Position numbers and translations under genes: made by a program. A DNA stretch of 64,000 bases from positions 608,001-672,000 of the forward strand of contig JAKFBS010000004.1 in the NCBI GenBank assembly GCA_036677065.1, in the 5' to 3' direction. Numbering within the stretch: the stretch's first letter is position 1; each line of letters starts with the position of its first letter. The DNA comes from Bdellovibrio sp. (GTDB lineage: Bacteria; Bdellovibrionota; Bdellovibrionia; Bdellovibrionales; Bdellovibrionaceae). Shown here piece by piece: positions 19,494-28,949 of the stretch. Below the pieces are notes generated by a model that saw only the letters and a list, made by a program, of their open reading frames with translations, made no database searches and was not told the DNA's origin.

Positions 19494-20591
19494 TTACGAT
19501 AATTTCTTCTGAATTTGGTTGGCCGACACGACAGCGAAAATAAAATTCGCCACCCATGGGCCCATGTAAGGTGGCAGTCTTTGGCTGCGTGATAAACCTT
19601 CGAAGGCAATATAAACAATAAAGTACCCAACGATAAAAGCCACCGACACCACAAAGCCTGATGATTTGCCTGACCTACGATCGTTGATGACTCCATAACC
19701 AACGCCCACTAACCCGAAAATCAAGCAGGCAGCGGCTAAGGCGAATCTTTTGTGAAACTCAACAGCGAAGCCGACCTTTTCATTATCTTTGAGTGTAGCG
19801 TCGTTTAAGCGTTCTTGTAACTCGTTATAGTTTAATGAGGGCGGAGACTTTTTACGTTCTTCGAATTTAACCGGATCATTTAATAGAACATCGTAAGAAT
19901 CAAATTCAACCACAGTATGAGCTTGGCCGCGACGATGGATCTGGCCTTTGAATAAACGTAATAGCACGCTATGGCCTGGGTTGTCTAAATCAGGAATGAT
20001 ATGACCTTGCGGTGCAATTATAGTTAAAGGCGAACTTGGATTTTTATCATCGTAGATAAATAAATCCTGCAGTAAGCCTTCTTCTGAGTTTACTTTATTG
20101 GCGTAAACCACCATATCAAAAAAGCCTTCTGAGAAAGTGCCCTCTTTGATGCTGGCAGCGGCTTTGGTGTTACCAAGGTGAGTGATTAATAATTCGAATT
20201 GGCGATTTCCCCAAGGTGCAACATAGAATGCAGTTTGCGCTGAGAGGACACTGACCACTAAAGCAAAGGCTACGGCCGGAGCCAGGATTGTGCCGCCGTG
20301 GTAGCCCGCACCTTTAAGGGCGATAATTTCAGAATCAAGAGAAGCGCGGTTGTAAGTCATTAGAATCGCAAAGAGCAGCGACATCGGTAAGATCATGGGT
20401 AAGAATGAAATACTCATATAACCCATGATGTCTAAAATAAATGAAAATTTAATTCCGTGAACGAGCACGAATTCGGTTAGACGAAGGGCTTGAAACATCA
20501 ATAAGATCGATATAAATACCAATACACCTAGGATAAAGGTGGGAACCATTTCAGAGAGTAAATAAAAAAATACGCGGCGTGATTTCCACAT
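19494..20591 (-). CDS. lptF: LPS export ABC transporter permease, LptF/LptG family
   Basis: LPMSLLFAILMTYNRASLDSEIIALKGAG and EFHKRFALA motifs; 3+3 TM layout around a periplasmic domain. Confidence 0.88.
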   Translation of the reverse strand: MWKSRRVFFYLLSEMVPTFILGVLVFISILLMFQALRLTEFVLVHGIKFSFILDIMGYMSISFLPMILPMSLLFAILMTYNRASLDSEIIALKGAGYHGGTILAPAVAFALVVSVLSAQTAFYVAPWGNRQFELLITHLGNTKAAASIKEGTFSEGFFDMVVYANKVNSEEGLLQDLFIYDDKNPSSPLTIIAPQGHIIPDLDNPGHSVLLRLFKGQIHRRGQAHTVVEFDSYDVLLNDPVKFEERKKSPPSLNYNELQERLNDATLKDNEKVGFAVEFHKRFALAAACLIFGLVGVGYGVINDRRSGKSSGFVVSVAFIVGYFIVYIAFEGLSRSQRLPPYMGPWVANFIFAVVSANQIQKKLS

Positions 20592-20652
20592 CTAAAGATA
20601 AGTATAAATAATTTCTTTGCTATCGTCATTGGTTGGATTCTAGAATAGACCT

Positions 20653-21453
20653 ATGGATAGAGTACTTATCGTCACAGAAGAAGCCGTTTTTGCCTCGCAT
20701 GTAGAAAAAACTCTGATCGAGGTTGGTTTTGAGACGGCTTTATTGAATAACGAAAATGGTTTGCAGCACAAAATTTTTGAGTTCAAGCCAGATATTGTTG
20801 TTGTAAAGGGTGGTTCGGCCAAACTTTCTTCGATGCGCATTGGCCAAGTTTTAAAAGAAATCATCAAATACCAAGGTAAAGTCATTCTGATTTTAAATAA
20901 AAATCAAAACATCGATCCCCATGATATTAACCGCGTAAAAATGGATTATTTGTTATTTGAACCAGTTGGTGCAGTTAAAGTAGTTTCTCATGTTTTGAAT
21001 CTAGTCACCGAACATCGTGATGCTATTCGCGGGCGTCTGCAAAAAATCGCTGACAGTGATCCCAACTTTCGCAAACAAGAAGAAAACTTCATGGTTTCTG
21101 GAAAAAATGCGGACCACGAGATGATTCATGTGACCGGTAAGGCTGATAAAACCGCAGTGACCCATGTTAAAAGTAAAGAAGGCCTTGCTCCTGAAGAGAT
21201 GCAGCATATCAAGGCGCAGCTTGAGAAAGAATTGATTGATAATGAGGCGTTACACCACAAGAAAATAGAGGCTTACGATAATGCTATCAGTAATCTCGAT
21301 TCAGACTTGAAGTTGGGCCATAAAAAGAGGCATGCTAATGAGAAGCAAAAGGCATTACGCAAGGAGCTTCTGGTTGATCCTGGCCAAGAAAAGTTGGACA
21401 GTCTAGATCAGGATCGCCGAAAGTTTGCGATCGCTTTAACAAAAAAGAGGTAG
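20653..21453 (+). CDS. Atypical (pseudo-)receiver domain protein with charged helical C-terminus
   Basis: Receiver-like pattern RVLIVTEE...FKPDIVVVKG; Lys occupies the expected phospho-Asp position. Confidence 0.6.
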   Translation: MDRVLIVTEEAVFASHVEKTLIEVGFETALLNNENGLQHKIFEFKPDIVVVKGGSAKLSSMRIGQVLKEIIKYQGKVILILNKNQNIDPHDINRVKMDYLLFEPVGAVKVVSHVLNLVTEHRDAIRGRLQKIADSDPNFRKQEENFMVSGKNADHEMIHVTGKADKTAVTHVKSKEGLAPEEMQHIKAQLEKELIDNEALHHKKIEAYDNAISNLDSDLKLGHKKRHANEKQKALRKELLVDPGQEKLDSLDQDRRKFAIALTKKR

Positions 21454-21472
21454 GTCGCGCCGCAGGCGCGCA
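21454..21472 (+). promoter_or_regulatory. Triloop hairpin directly 5' of the trxA SD
   Basis: CGCGCC-GCA-GGCGCG followed by CAAGGGG and a GTG start. Confidence 0.5.
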
Positions 21473-21482
21473 AGGGGTAAAC

Positions 21483-21806
21483 GTGGCAAAAACACAACCA
21501 GTAACAGATTCAAGTTTTCAAACTGACGTATTAAATTCTTCAACTCCAGTTCTTGTAGATTTCTGGGCTGAGTGGTGTGCACCATGCCGCGCTTTAGGTC
21601 CAAAACTAGAAGAAGTAGCTACTGAATTAGAAGGTAAAGTTAAAATCGTAAAAATGAACGTTGATGAAAATCCAGCGACACCTGGTCAATTTGGTATCCG
21701 CGGAATTCCAGCAATGCTTTTATTCAAAGACGGAAAACAAGTGGGCGAGTTAGTTGGAAATCATCCCAAAGAACGCATCACTGAATTTTTAACGACGCAC
21801 GCTTAG
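21483..21806 (+). CDS. trxA: Thioredoxin
   Basis: DFWAEWCAPCR active site and GIRGIPAM. Confidence 0.95.
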   Translation: MAKTQPVTDSSFQTDVLNSSTPVLVDFWAEWCAPCRALGPKLEEVATELEGKVKIVKMNVDENPATPGQFGIRGIPAMLLFKDGKQVGELVGNHPKERITEFLTTHA

Positions 21807-21843
21807 TTACACTCAATTTAAAAAATTAGTTTAGGAAAAAGTC

Positions 21844-22110
21844 ATGAGCCAAACAGTAAAAGTAACAATGGTTAAAAAAAATCCGTGTCCTTATTGTGAA
21901 CGGGCTATGACTTTTTTCGATAACCGCGGCATCAAAGTAGACATCATCGACTTAACTGGAAAACCAGACGAGTTAATGGAGTGGAAAACTAAGACCGGAT
22001 GGATGACAGTTCCAATCATCATGATCAATGATCAACTTATCGGTGGATACACTGATCTAAAAGCCTTAGACGAAGAGGGTAAGTTAAATCCTCTTTTAGG
22101 CATCGCCTAA
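21844..22110 (+). CDS. Glutaredoxin (GrxC-like)
   Basis: CPYC, TVP and IGGYTDL motifs. Confidence 0.92.
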   Translation: MSQTVKVTMVKKNPCPYCERAMTFFDNRGIKVDIIDLTGKPDELMEWKTKTGWMTVPIIMINDQLIGGYTDLKALDEEGKLNPLLGIA

Positions 22111-22148
22111 GTCAGATTATAGGCCTCTAATTTGTAATCTATTTTAGT

Positions 22149-23183
22149 ATGCGCTTTTTGCTCGTACGCCAATGGCTAATATCAGCTATATTCTTTATGG
22201 TTTCCAGCACCTGTCTGGGAAGTATACAACTGTTCGTCGTTCAGCCAACTCCACAGCATGAGAAATTTTTAATCGTTGCCCAGGACGGGGAAAGCCCAGT
22301 GCAGGCGATGGTTCGTTATAAGACACTTTTGGCTGATAGCCCGCATTTGCAGGTTCTAGTCAGCCCTGAACAATTGCGCCAATTTAGCTATGGTCATGGT
22401 GATTACTTTGAGCTTGGAGAAAAACCAGCCGTTTTGATTTTGGCTAACCGCGGATACGATTTATCAAACGAAGAAAAATCTGGTGGCCAGCAGCGCGTAC
22501 AAAAGTTCAAAGAAAAAATCGGGCAAAGTAATGATGTCTATATTCTTCCGGTAGCAGCAGCTCTGGGTTTGACTAAACCCAACCGAGATTTATTTTATAA
22601 GGCCTTAACTGATAAATTTTCAGGAGTTGTGGCCCTTGGTGGGCCCGATGTTAATCCAAGTGTGTACGGCGATGAAAACCGTGAAGCCCGCGAAGTAAAT
22701 CTATTTCGTGACCGTTATGAAATTCATTTTTTACAACATTGGATAAAAGCAAAAAAAGGATTTTTATTCGGCGTTTGCCGCGGTCATCAAATGATTTCTG
22801 CCGCTCTGGGTTTTAAATTAGTTCAACACATCGAAAATCACGGCGACGGCACGTGGGTAGATCACCCGATTAAATTTCTAAAAACGTCGCAAAACTTTTT
22901 AAGCCGTGCAGCTGGCGTGAATGAGATGGTCGTGAACAGTTACCATCATCAGGCCGTACAATATTCACCGCACCCAGATATAGATTTAGCAGCCGTCGCG
23001 CCAGATAACACAGTTGAAGCTTTAGAAAGCAAAGACGGTCGAATTGTATCCACCCAATTTCACGTCGAATTTATGGAAGATATTTTTTCTAAGCGCATTT
23101 TTTCGCGCATCAACGAAAAGTTTCGCTCAGAAAGTGAAAAGTTCCGTTCCGGGAAAGCTGGCATGTGCGCAAGCCTGTTTTAA
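22149..23183 (+). CDS. Secreted class I glutamine amidotransferase-like / peptidase C26 (gamma-glutamyl hydrolase family) protein
   Basis: Hydrophobic N-terminal signal, GGPDVNPSVYG, nucleophile elbow GVCRGHQ, VNSYHHQAV and QFHVE. Confidence 0.85.
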   Translation: MRFLLVRQWLISAIFFMVSSTCLGSIQLFVVQPTPQHEKFLIVAQDGESPVQAMVRYKTLLADSPHLQVLVSPEQLRQFSYGHGDYFELGEKPAVLILANRGYDLSNEEKSGGQQRVQKFKEKIGQSNDVYILPVAAALGLTKPNRDLFYKALTDKFSGVVALGGPDVNPSVYGDENREAREVNLFRDRYEIHFLQHWIKAKKGFLFGVCRGHQMISAALGFKLVQHIENHGDGTWVDHPIKFLKTSQNFLSRAAGVNEMVVNSYHHQAVQYSPHPDIDLAAVAPDNTVEALESKDGRIVSTQFHVEFMEDIFSKRIFSRINEKFRSESEKFRSGKAGMCASLF

Positions 23184-23530
23184 TCAGCTATTCGAAGCTG
23201 AGCCATTAAGTTAAATCTTTTTTGCAGGCCCGAGGCGTTGTTCTTTAATCCCATTTTCGCTAGATTGCGCGCAAATCGCGAGCGAGCACTTACGCTTGAA
23301 ACTTTGAGCAGAAATTCTTGGCGTTGTTGGATGTTAAGATGGCTGAGTTTGCTTGCTACAAACTCAGCCTTTCTACGTGAAAGCCCTCGCAGGTCACTTA
23401 AGATATAACTTAAGTGGGAGTAATTTAAATTTATATCTTTTGCGAATTCGCGCAGAGAATAAGTGTAATTTAATTTACGCCGGTGCTGAAATTCTTGTTT
23501 TAAAATCTGAATATATTTTTGGCGATCCAT
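23180..23530 (-). CDS. Short XRE-like HTH protein resembling the N-terminal part of the TIGR02147 family
   Basis: MDRQKYIQILKQEFQHRRKLNYTYSLREFAKDINLNYSHLSYILSDLRGLS. The ATG at 23530 is preferred to 23635. Confidence 0.7.
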   Translation of the reverse strand: MDRQKYIQILKQEFQHRRKLNYTYSLREFAKDINLNYSHLSYILSDLRGLSRRKAEFVASKLSHLNIQQRQEFLLKVSSVSARSRFARNLAKMGLKNNASGLQKRFNLMAQLRIAD

Positions 23531-23663
23531 AATTAATTCACACGCAAAGCGTAGACCTGGTGGATGATGAATTAAGTGCCAGAATAAGTCCGAAATGCGA
23601 AAAAATATCCGAAAAAACGCGACACAAAAAAGCATGTAGTATTCTCTGATGACGCGTTAAATT

Positions 23664-23706
23664 CGCTCAGGGTTTAGGTCAACAATGTTGACTGAAACCC
23701 TGAGTG
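23664..23706. repeat. 43-bp imperfect palindrome, REP-like element, copy B
   Basis: CGCTCAGGGTTTAGGTCAACA-A-TGTTGACTGAAACCCTGAGTG, flanked by an outer inverted pair ATGACGC (23649) / GCGTCAT (23721). Confidence 0.85.
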
Positions 23707-23777
23707 CCGAAATTGCGTCATAAATTATAGGATTATAGTGCAGGCATTTTGTGTAACCTTGCAATGAGGCTGAAGAA

Positions 23778-24773
23778 TTAACTGAGTAATTTTTCTAAGT
23801 GGGATTTGAATTCGATCGGTTTTTTGTGGATTTTTACCTGGTCGAAAACTTCGCGGGCTTTTGGTGAGGCTAGGCGTAATTGGCTTAACCATTGTTTGGT
23901 GCGTGCTGTGGCGAAGTGATCGTTTACATAGAGCGTGCACGCGTTGAAGAAGGGAACTACTAAATCTAAAGATTCTTCGTTTTTTGCGGAAGTTGCGTTG
24001 CCAGGTATTACTTTAGTTGCTAAGTGAGCTTTGATGTCTCTAAAAATATAGGGATTTCTTAAGGCCCCGCGGCCGATCATGAAATCTTGGCAGTCGGTTT
24101 CAAGTTTACATTTTTCGAAATCACTGATGTTCCAGATTTCTCCGTTGGCGATGATTTTTACTTTTGTGGTTTGTTTGATTTTTGGAATCCATTCCCAGTA
24201 GGCAGGTGGTTTGTAGCCGTCGGTTTTTGTGCGGCAGTGAACTGTCACCCACGTGGCGCCTGCGTCTTCGCAGGCTTTGACGTTATCTAAACTTGCGCTG
24301 GGATCATCGAAGCCTAATCTTACTTTGGCGGTGACTGGTGTTGATAGCGGAACTGCTTTTCTGACTGTCTCTACGATTTTAAAAACTCGGTCGGTGCATT
24401 TTAATAAACTTGCGCCGCCGTCATGGCGATTTACTGTTTTTGCCGGACAACCGAAATTGAGATCGATGCCTAAGGCTCCCATTTCATGGGCGCGCAATGC
24501 GTTTTCGGCTAACGGGCCGGGTTGTCCGCCTAAGAGTTGCACGAATACGGGAGTTCCGCTTCGGGTTTTTGAACCCGTGGCTAATTCTGGGCAATTGCGT
24601 TCGAAAACTTTGTACGGGTGAAGCTTATCGGTGACGCGTAGAAATTCAGTCACGCATTGGTCGATGCCGCCAAGACTTGTTAATAAATCACGCATGGCCC
24701 AGTCAGTGACACCTTCCATCGGAGCGAGAAAAAGTTTTGGGTGAGTGGTGCTCTTTTCGTGACTGGTTGGCAT
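23778..24773 (-). CDS. tRNA-dihydrouridine synthase (DusC-like)
   Basis: LAPMEGVTD, IDLNFGCPA, TVHCRT, IANGEIW and MIGRGAL motifs. Confidence 0.93.
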   Translation of the reverse strand: MPTSHEKSTTHPKLFLAPMEGVTDWAMRDLLTSLGGIDQCVTEFLRVTDKLHPYKVFERNCPELATGSKTRSGTPVFVQLLGGQPGPLAENALRAHEMGALGIDLNFGCPAKTVNRHDGGASLLKCTDRVFKIVETVRKAVPLSTPVTAKVRLGFDDPSASLDNVKACEDAGATWVTVHCRTKTDGYKPPAYWEWIPKIKQTTKVKIIANGEIWNISDFEKCKLETDCQDFMIGRGALRNPYIFRDIKAHLATKVIPGNATSAKNEESLDLVVPFFNACTLYVNDHFATARTKQWLSQLRLASPKAREVFDQVKIHKKPIEFKSHLEKLLS

Positions 24774-24786
24774 GCCTAGGTAATAG

Positions 24787-25239
24787 CTATTTTTGTCCGA
24801 GTTTGCAAATGTGTTCGAATTCAGCTTTGGTTACAGGGCTTACAGAAAGTCGGCCTTGTTTAAGTAAAACCATCTCTTTTAGCTTAGGGTCGTGTTTAAT
24901 TTGATCTAAGCTTACGAGCTGCTTAAAAGTACTGTGATATTTAATTTCAGTGCAAAACCAGATGGGTTTTTCTTTGGTAGCTTTTTCAGCGTAGTATTCT
25001 GATTTTTTATCAAATTGGAGTTTGTCGGGTTGGGCTAACTGGCTGACTTCGGCAATGCCGATCACTCCAGAAGGCTCTGCATTTGAGTGATAAAACAGAA
25101 CTTGGTCGCCGATTTCCATGGCTTGCATGGAATTACGAGCCGTGTAGTTACGCACGCCTGTCCACCAGGTGGTTTTGTCTTTTTTTAGATGATCAATTGA
25201 GAATACATCAGGTTCAGATTTCATTAGCCAATACTTCAT
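24787..25239 (-). CDS. EVE domain protein
   Basis: MKYWLMKSEPDVFS, WTGVRNY, GDQVLFYHS and RLSVSPV motifs. Confidence 0.93.
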   Translation of the reverse strand: MKYWLMKSEPDVFSIDHLKKDKTTWWTGVRNYTARNSMQAMEIGDQVLFYHSNAEPSGVIGIAEVSQLAQPDKLQFDKKSEYYAEKATKEKPIWFCTEIKYHSTFKQLVSLDQIKHDPKLKEMVLLKQGRLSVSPVTKAEFEHICKLGQK

Positions 25240-25306
25240 AACTTTATTGCTAACACAGCTTATTGAAGATTTGCATCTTTAACTTCTTAGGTTAAGATTT
25301 TGGCTC

Positions 25307-26158
25307 ATGAAAAAAACTACAAAAAAAGCAGATTCCAATGCGAATTATACTTTAGTCACTGGTGCTTCTTCGGGAATTGGTGAACAACTCAGTTACTTAT
25401 TAGCTAAAGAAAATAAATCTTTGGTGCTTGTGGCTCGTCGTTTAGAGCGGCTTAAAAAAGTTCAGGCGCAATGTTTAAAATTGGGCGCTGCTGATGTGCA
25501 GATTTTTACTTGTGATGTTGCTGATAAAAAATCTGTTTTGTTAGCCGCTAAAAAAATTAAATCTACAGTGGTGAATAAAAAGTCTCTTCAGGTGGGTACT
25601 CTGATTAACAATGCTGGTTTAGCTGCGGGCACTGAGTTAGTGCAAGCTGCTAAAACGCGTGATTGGGATCAGATGATTGATACCAATGTGAAAGGCCTTT
25701 TGTGGCTGACGCGTGAATTTTTTGATTCAATAATTTCTGAGCAAGGTCATATTGTGAACATGGGTTCAGTGGCCGGTCGCCTAGTTTATGAAGGTGGAGC
25801 CGTATACTGCGCCAGTAAATTTGCGGTGCGTGCTTTATCTGAAGGCTTTCGTATGGACCTTAAAGGCACGGGTGTGCGAGTGACAAACATCGAACCGGGA
25901 ATGGTGAACAGTGAATTTAGTCTAGTTCGCTTAGGAAATCAGCAAAAAGCCGATGCGATTTACTCTGAAATGTCGCCACTGAGCCCCTTGGACATCGCGC
26001 AAAATATTTTGTGGTGTTTGAGTCAACCTGCGCATGTTAATATTCAAGAGCTTGTTATTTATCCGACCGATCAGGCCAGCGTTGGCCAAGTAGTTCGCGG
26101 TGAGAAAAGTATTAAGAATTTAAGTGCTGCAAAAGCAAAATTAAAAACAAAAAAATAA
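25307..26158 (+). CDS. SDR family oxidoreductase (YdfG-like)
   Basis: [17 protein letters not shown] and PAHVNI motifs. Confidence 0.92.
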   Translation: MKKTTKKADSNANYTLVTGASSGIGEQLSYLLAKENKSLVLVARRLERLKKVQAQCLKLGAADVQIFTCDVADKKSVLLAAKKIKSTVVNKKSLQVGTLINNAGLAAGTELVQAAKTRDWDQMIDTNVKGLLWLTREFFDSIISEQGHIVNMGSVAGRLVYEGGAVYCASKFAVRALSEGFRMDLKGTGVRVTNIEPGMVNSEFSLVRLGNQQKADAIYSEMSPLSPLDIAQNILWCLSQPAHVNIQELVIYPTDQASVGQVVRGEKSIKNLSAAKAKLKTKK

Positions 26159-26177
26159 ATCCAAAAGGGAAATATTT

Positions 26178-27572
26178 ATGAGCGAATTTCGTATCGAAAA
26201 AGACACTATGGGTGATGTTAAAGTTCCGGCTACGGCTTTGTGGGGAGCGCAAACTCAACGTTCAACTGAAAATTTTAAAATCGGTGGCGATCGTTTTCCA
26301 CGCGAGATGATCAAAGCTTTAGGCGTTTTAAAAAAATGCGCTGCGATGACGAATGCTGATCTTGGTTTGTTAGATAAAGCCAAAGCTGAATTTATTATTA
26401 AAGCGGCTGATGAAGTTATTTCTGGAAAACTTGATGCTCACTTTCCGTTAGTAGTTTGGCAAACCGGTTCAGGCACACAAACAAATATGAACGCGAACGA
26501 AGTGATCGCGAACCGCGCGATGACGATGCAAAATTTAACTTTGCCTAATAAAGCCGTTCATCCCAATGATGATGTGAATAAAGGTCAAAGTTCTAATGAT
26601 ACCTTCCCGACAGCAATGCACATTGCGGTTGCGGATCAATTACATTCTCGTCTTATTCCGATGATGCTTAAACTTCATAAAGCTTTAGAAACAAAGTCTG
26701 CTGAATTTAAAGATATCGTAAAAATTGGTCGTACTCACTTGATGGATGCGACTCCGTTAACGTTAGGCCAAGAATTTTCTGGTTACACGACGCAAATGAA
26801 AAATGGCGTTCAACGTATTAAAAATACTTTACCGCATGTTTATGAATTAGCATTAGGTGGAACTGCCGTAGGCACGGGATTAAATACTCATATTGATTTT
26901 CCGAAAAAAGCTGCGGCAGCTATTGCTGCTGAAACGAATATTCCGTTTGTGACAGCTCCAAATAAATTTGAAGCTTTAGCTTCGCATGATGCATTAGTTG
27001 AACTGCATGGTGCTTTAAAAACTGTGGCTGTGTCGTTAATGAAAATTGCCAACGACATTCGTTTGTTAGGATCTGGTCCGCGTTGTGGTTTTGGCGAATT
27101 AAATTTACCAGAGAATGAACCAGGGTCTTCAATTATGCCGGGTAAAGTGAACCCAACACAATCTGAAGCCATGACGATGGTGTGTGCGCAAGTTCTTGGA
27201 AATGATGTCGCGGTTAATGTTGGTGGGGCTACCGGCCATTTTGAGCTTAACGTATTTAAACCAGTTATTGTGTTTAACTGCTTAAACTCAATTCGCTTGA
27301 TCGCTGATGCCTGCGAAAGTTTCACTGATCACTGCGTTGTTGGTATTACGGCAAACACAGCTCAGATTAAAAAACACTTAGATAACTCTTTAATGTTAGT
27401 GACGGCACTTAATCCGCACATTGGTTATGACAATGCGGCAAAGATCGCCAAGACCGCTCATAAAAACGGAACGACTTTAAAGGAAGAAGCTGTTAAGCTA
27501 GGGTTATTAACTGCCGAAAAATTCGATGAAGTTGTTCGCCCTGAAACAATGATTTCTCCACTCGGCAAATAG
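26178..27572 (+). CDS. fumC: Class II fumarate hydratase
   Basis: [22 protein letters not shown] and the [13 protein letters not shown] signature. Confidence 0.97.
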   Translation: MSEFRIEKDTMGDVKVPATALWGAQTQRSTENFKIGGDRFPREMIKALGVLKKCAAMTNADLGLLDKAKAEFIIKAADEVISGKLDAHFPLVVWQTGSGTQTNMNANEVIANRAMTMQNLTLPNKAVHPNDDVNKGQSSNDTFPTAMHIAVADQLHSRLIPMMLKLHKALETKSAEFKDIVKIGRTHLMDATPLTLGQEFSGYTTQMKNGVQRIKNTLPHVYELALGGTAVGTGLNTHIDFPKKAAAAIAAETNIPFVTAPNKFEALASHDALVELHGALKTVAVSLMKIANDIRLLGSGPRCGFGELNLPENEPGSSIMPGKVNPTQSEAMTMVCAQVLGNDVAVNVGGATGHFELNVFKPVIVFNCLNSIRLIADACESFTDHCVVGITANTAQIKKHLDNSLMLVTALNPHIGYDNAAKIAKTAHKNGTTLKEEAVKLGLLTAEKFDEVVRPETMISPLGK

Positions 27573-27596
27573 AACAGTCAAAAGTTAGGCAAAATA

Positions 27597-28475
27597 TTGA
27601 AGCAACTTAATCCGTTATTAGCAAAGTCGACATGGTTGGAATCTGGTGACATCAGACCTTATGTGTTTGTGCGTCCAGAAAATCAGATTGCTCAACCAGG
27701 GACTCGTCATCATTTGGATTGGTTTATTCATGAACCTATTTATAAAAATCCGTTAAACTTAAATGAGCTTCCTTTTGCCGATGCGATTTATCAAATCGAG
27801 TGGAAGTCATTTGGTAAACAAGATTTAGCGATTCCGCGCTGGGTATTTTATGATTGCGCAGCAATGCCAGGCTTTATTGCCGGTTTTGCTGGTCGCACAT
27901 CTAAATTACCAAAACAATTAGTTAAAGATCTTGGGATTCCGGAAACTGAAGAATGGTGCCCGTTATCTTTATTTATTATTATTCCGACGATGCACAAAGG
28001 GGAGTGGGTTGCCTACGATCTTTGTTCGGTGAATTCATTTTTACCGAAAGAGCAGCAGTACCACGGACTAGGCTTTTTATCTAAGGCCTTTGCTTTGTGG
28101 TATGCCAATGTTGAGCAGTGCTCTGGCATGACCCAGTGGGGATCACCGTCATTAAAATTACATTCACACTACGGCCACTTAGAATTAATTGGTTCGTATG
28201 CTCCGCTACACACGCACGCAAAAACGATGACCTATCGTTGTGATGTGAATACTGATTGTTGGGAAAAGTTTTTTACTAAAGAAGAAGACATGGCGTTTCT
28301 TGAAAAATGCGCCCCTTCTGGAAAAACGATTGATCCAAAAAGTGAACAGTCGATGATTGAAATGCAAAATTTAATACAGCAAAACCTTGGCCCTTATTAT
28401 TTAAGTGCTACCGAAATTGCTAAACAAGAATTATCCGCACCTTTAACAGTCTACCATTTAAAAAAAGAGAGATAA
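27597..28475 (+). CDS. Hypothetical protein, possibly a divergent GNAT fold
   Basis: 292 aa ORF with a TTG start; QYHGLG...SPSLKLHSHYG resemble GNAT motifs A and B. Confidence 0.55.
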   Translation: MKQLNPLLAKSTWLESGDIRPYVFVRPENQIAQPGTRHHLDWFIHEPIYKNPLNLNELPFADAIYQIEWKSFGKQDLAIPRWVFYDCAAMPGFIAGFAGRTSKLPKQLVKDLGIPETEEWCPLSLFIIIPTMHKGEWVAYDLCSVNSFLPKEQQYHGLGFLSKAFALWYANVEQCSGMTQWGSPSLKLHSHYGHLELIGSYAPLHTHAKTMTYRCDVNTDCWEKFFTKEEDMAFLEKCAPSGKTIDPKSEQSMIEMQNLIQQNLGPYYLSATEIAKQELSAPLTVYHLKKER

Positions 28476-28480
28476 AATAC

Positions 28481-28918
28481 ATGGCTGAATTAACGTTACC
28501 CGCAGTTGCTAAATCGTTCCACACTCATTGCAAAAAATGTGAAGGCGATCGTTATCACATCGTTTTAGCTCACACGTCTTCGACAAAAGCGAAAATTGAA
28601 TGTGAAGTTTGTAAATCACGTAAAACGTATACATTACCTAAAACGGGAAGCGCTTCTCCAAGTGCAGTTCGTTTAAGTGCTAAAGGTACAAAAGCAAAAG
28701 CTAATTCGGCAAAATCACACACAGGCCAATACGAAGTTTATAATTCAAACCGTATGGCTGATGAAGCGACTCCTTATTCTATTAAAGGCAGCTTTAAAGA
28801 AACACAAAAATTAAATCATGCTAAATTTGGTATTGGCTTTGTGACTAAAACTTACGATGAAAAAATCGATGTTATTTTTTCTGATGAAGTTCGCACGTTA
28901 ATGCAAAATCGCAAGTAA
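28481..28918 (+). CDS. Zinc-ribbon protein with C-terminal Tudor-like (PcrA/UvrD CTD-like) domain
   Basis: Two CxxC pairs (CKKC, CEVC) and a C-terminal LNHAKFGIGFVTKTYDEKIDVIF segment. Confidence 0.65.
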   Translation: MAELTLPAVAKSFHTHCKKCEGDRYHIVLAHTSSTKAKIECEVCKSRKTYTLPKTGSASPSAVRLSAKGTKAKANSAKSHTGQYEVYNSNRMADEATPYSIKGSFKETQKLNHAKFGIGFVTKTYDEKIDVIFSDEVRTLMQNRK

Positions 28919-28949
28919 TTGCCAAGTAACGCATAAACTACAGATCACC

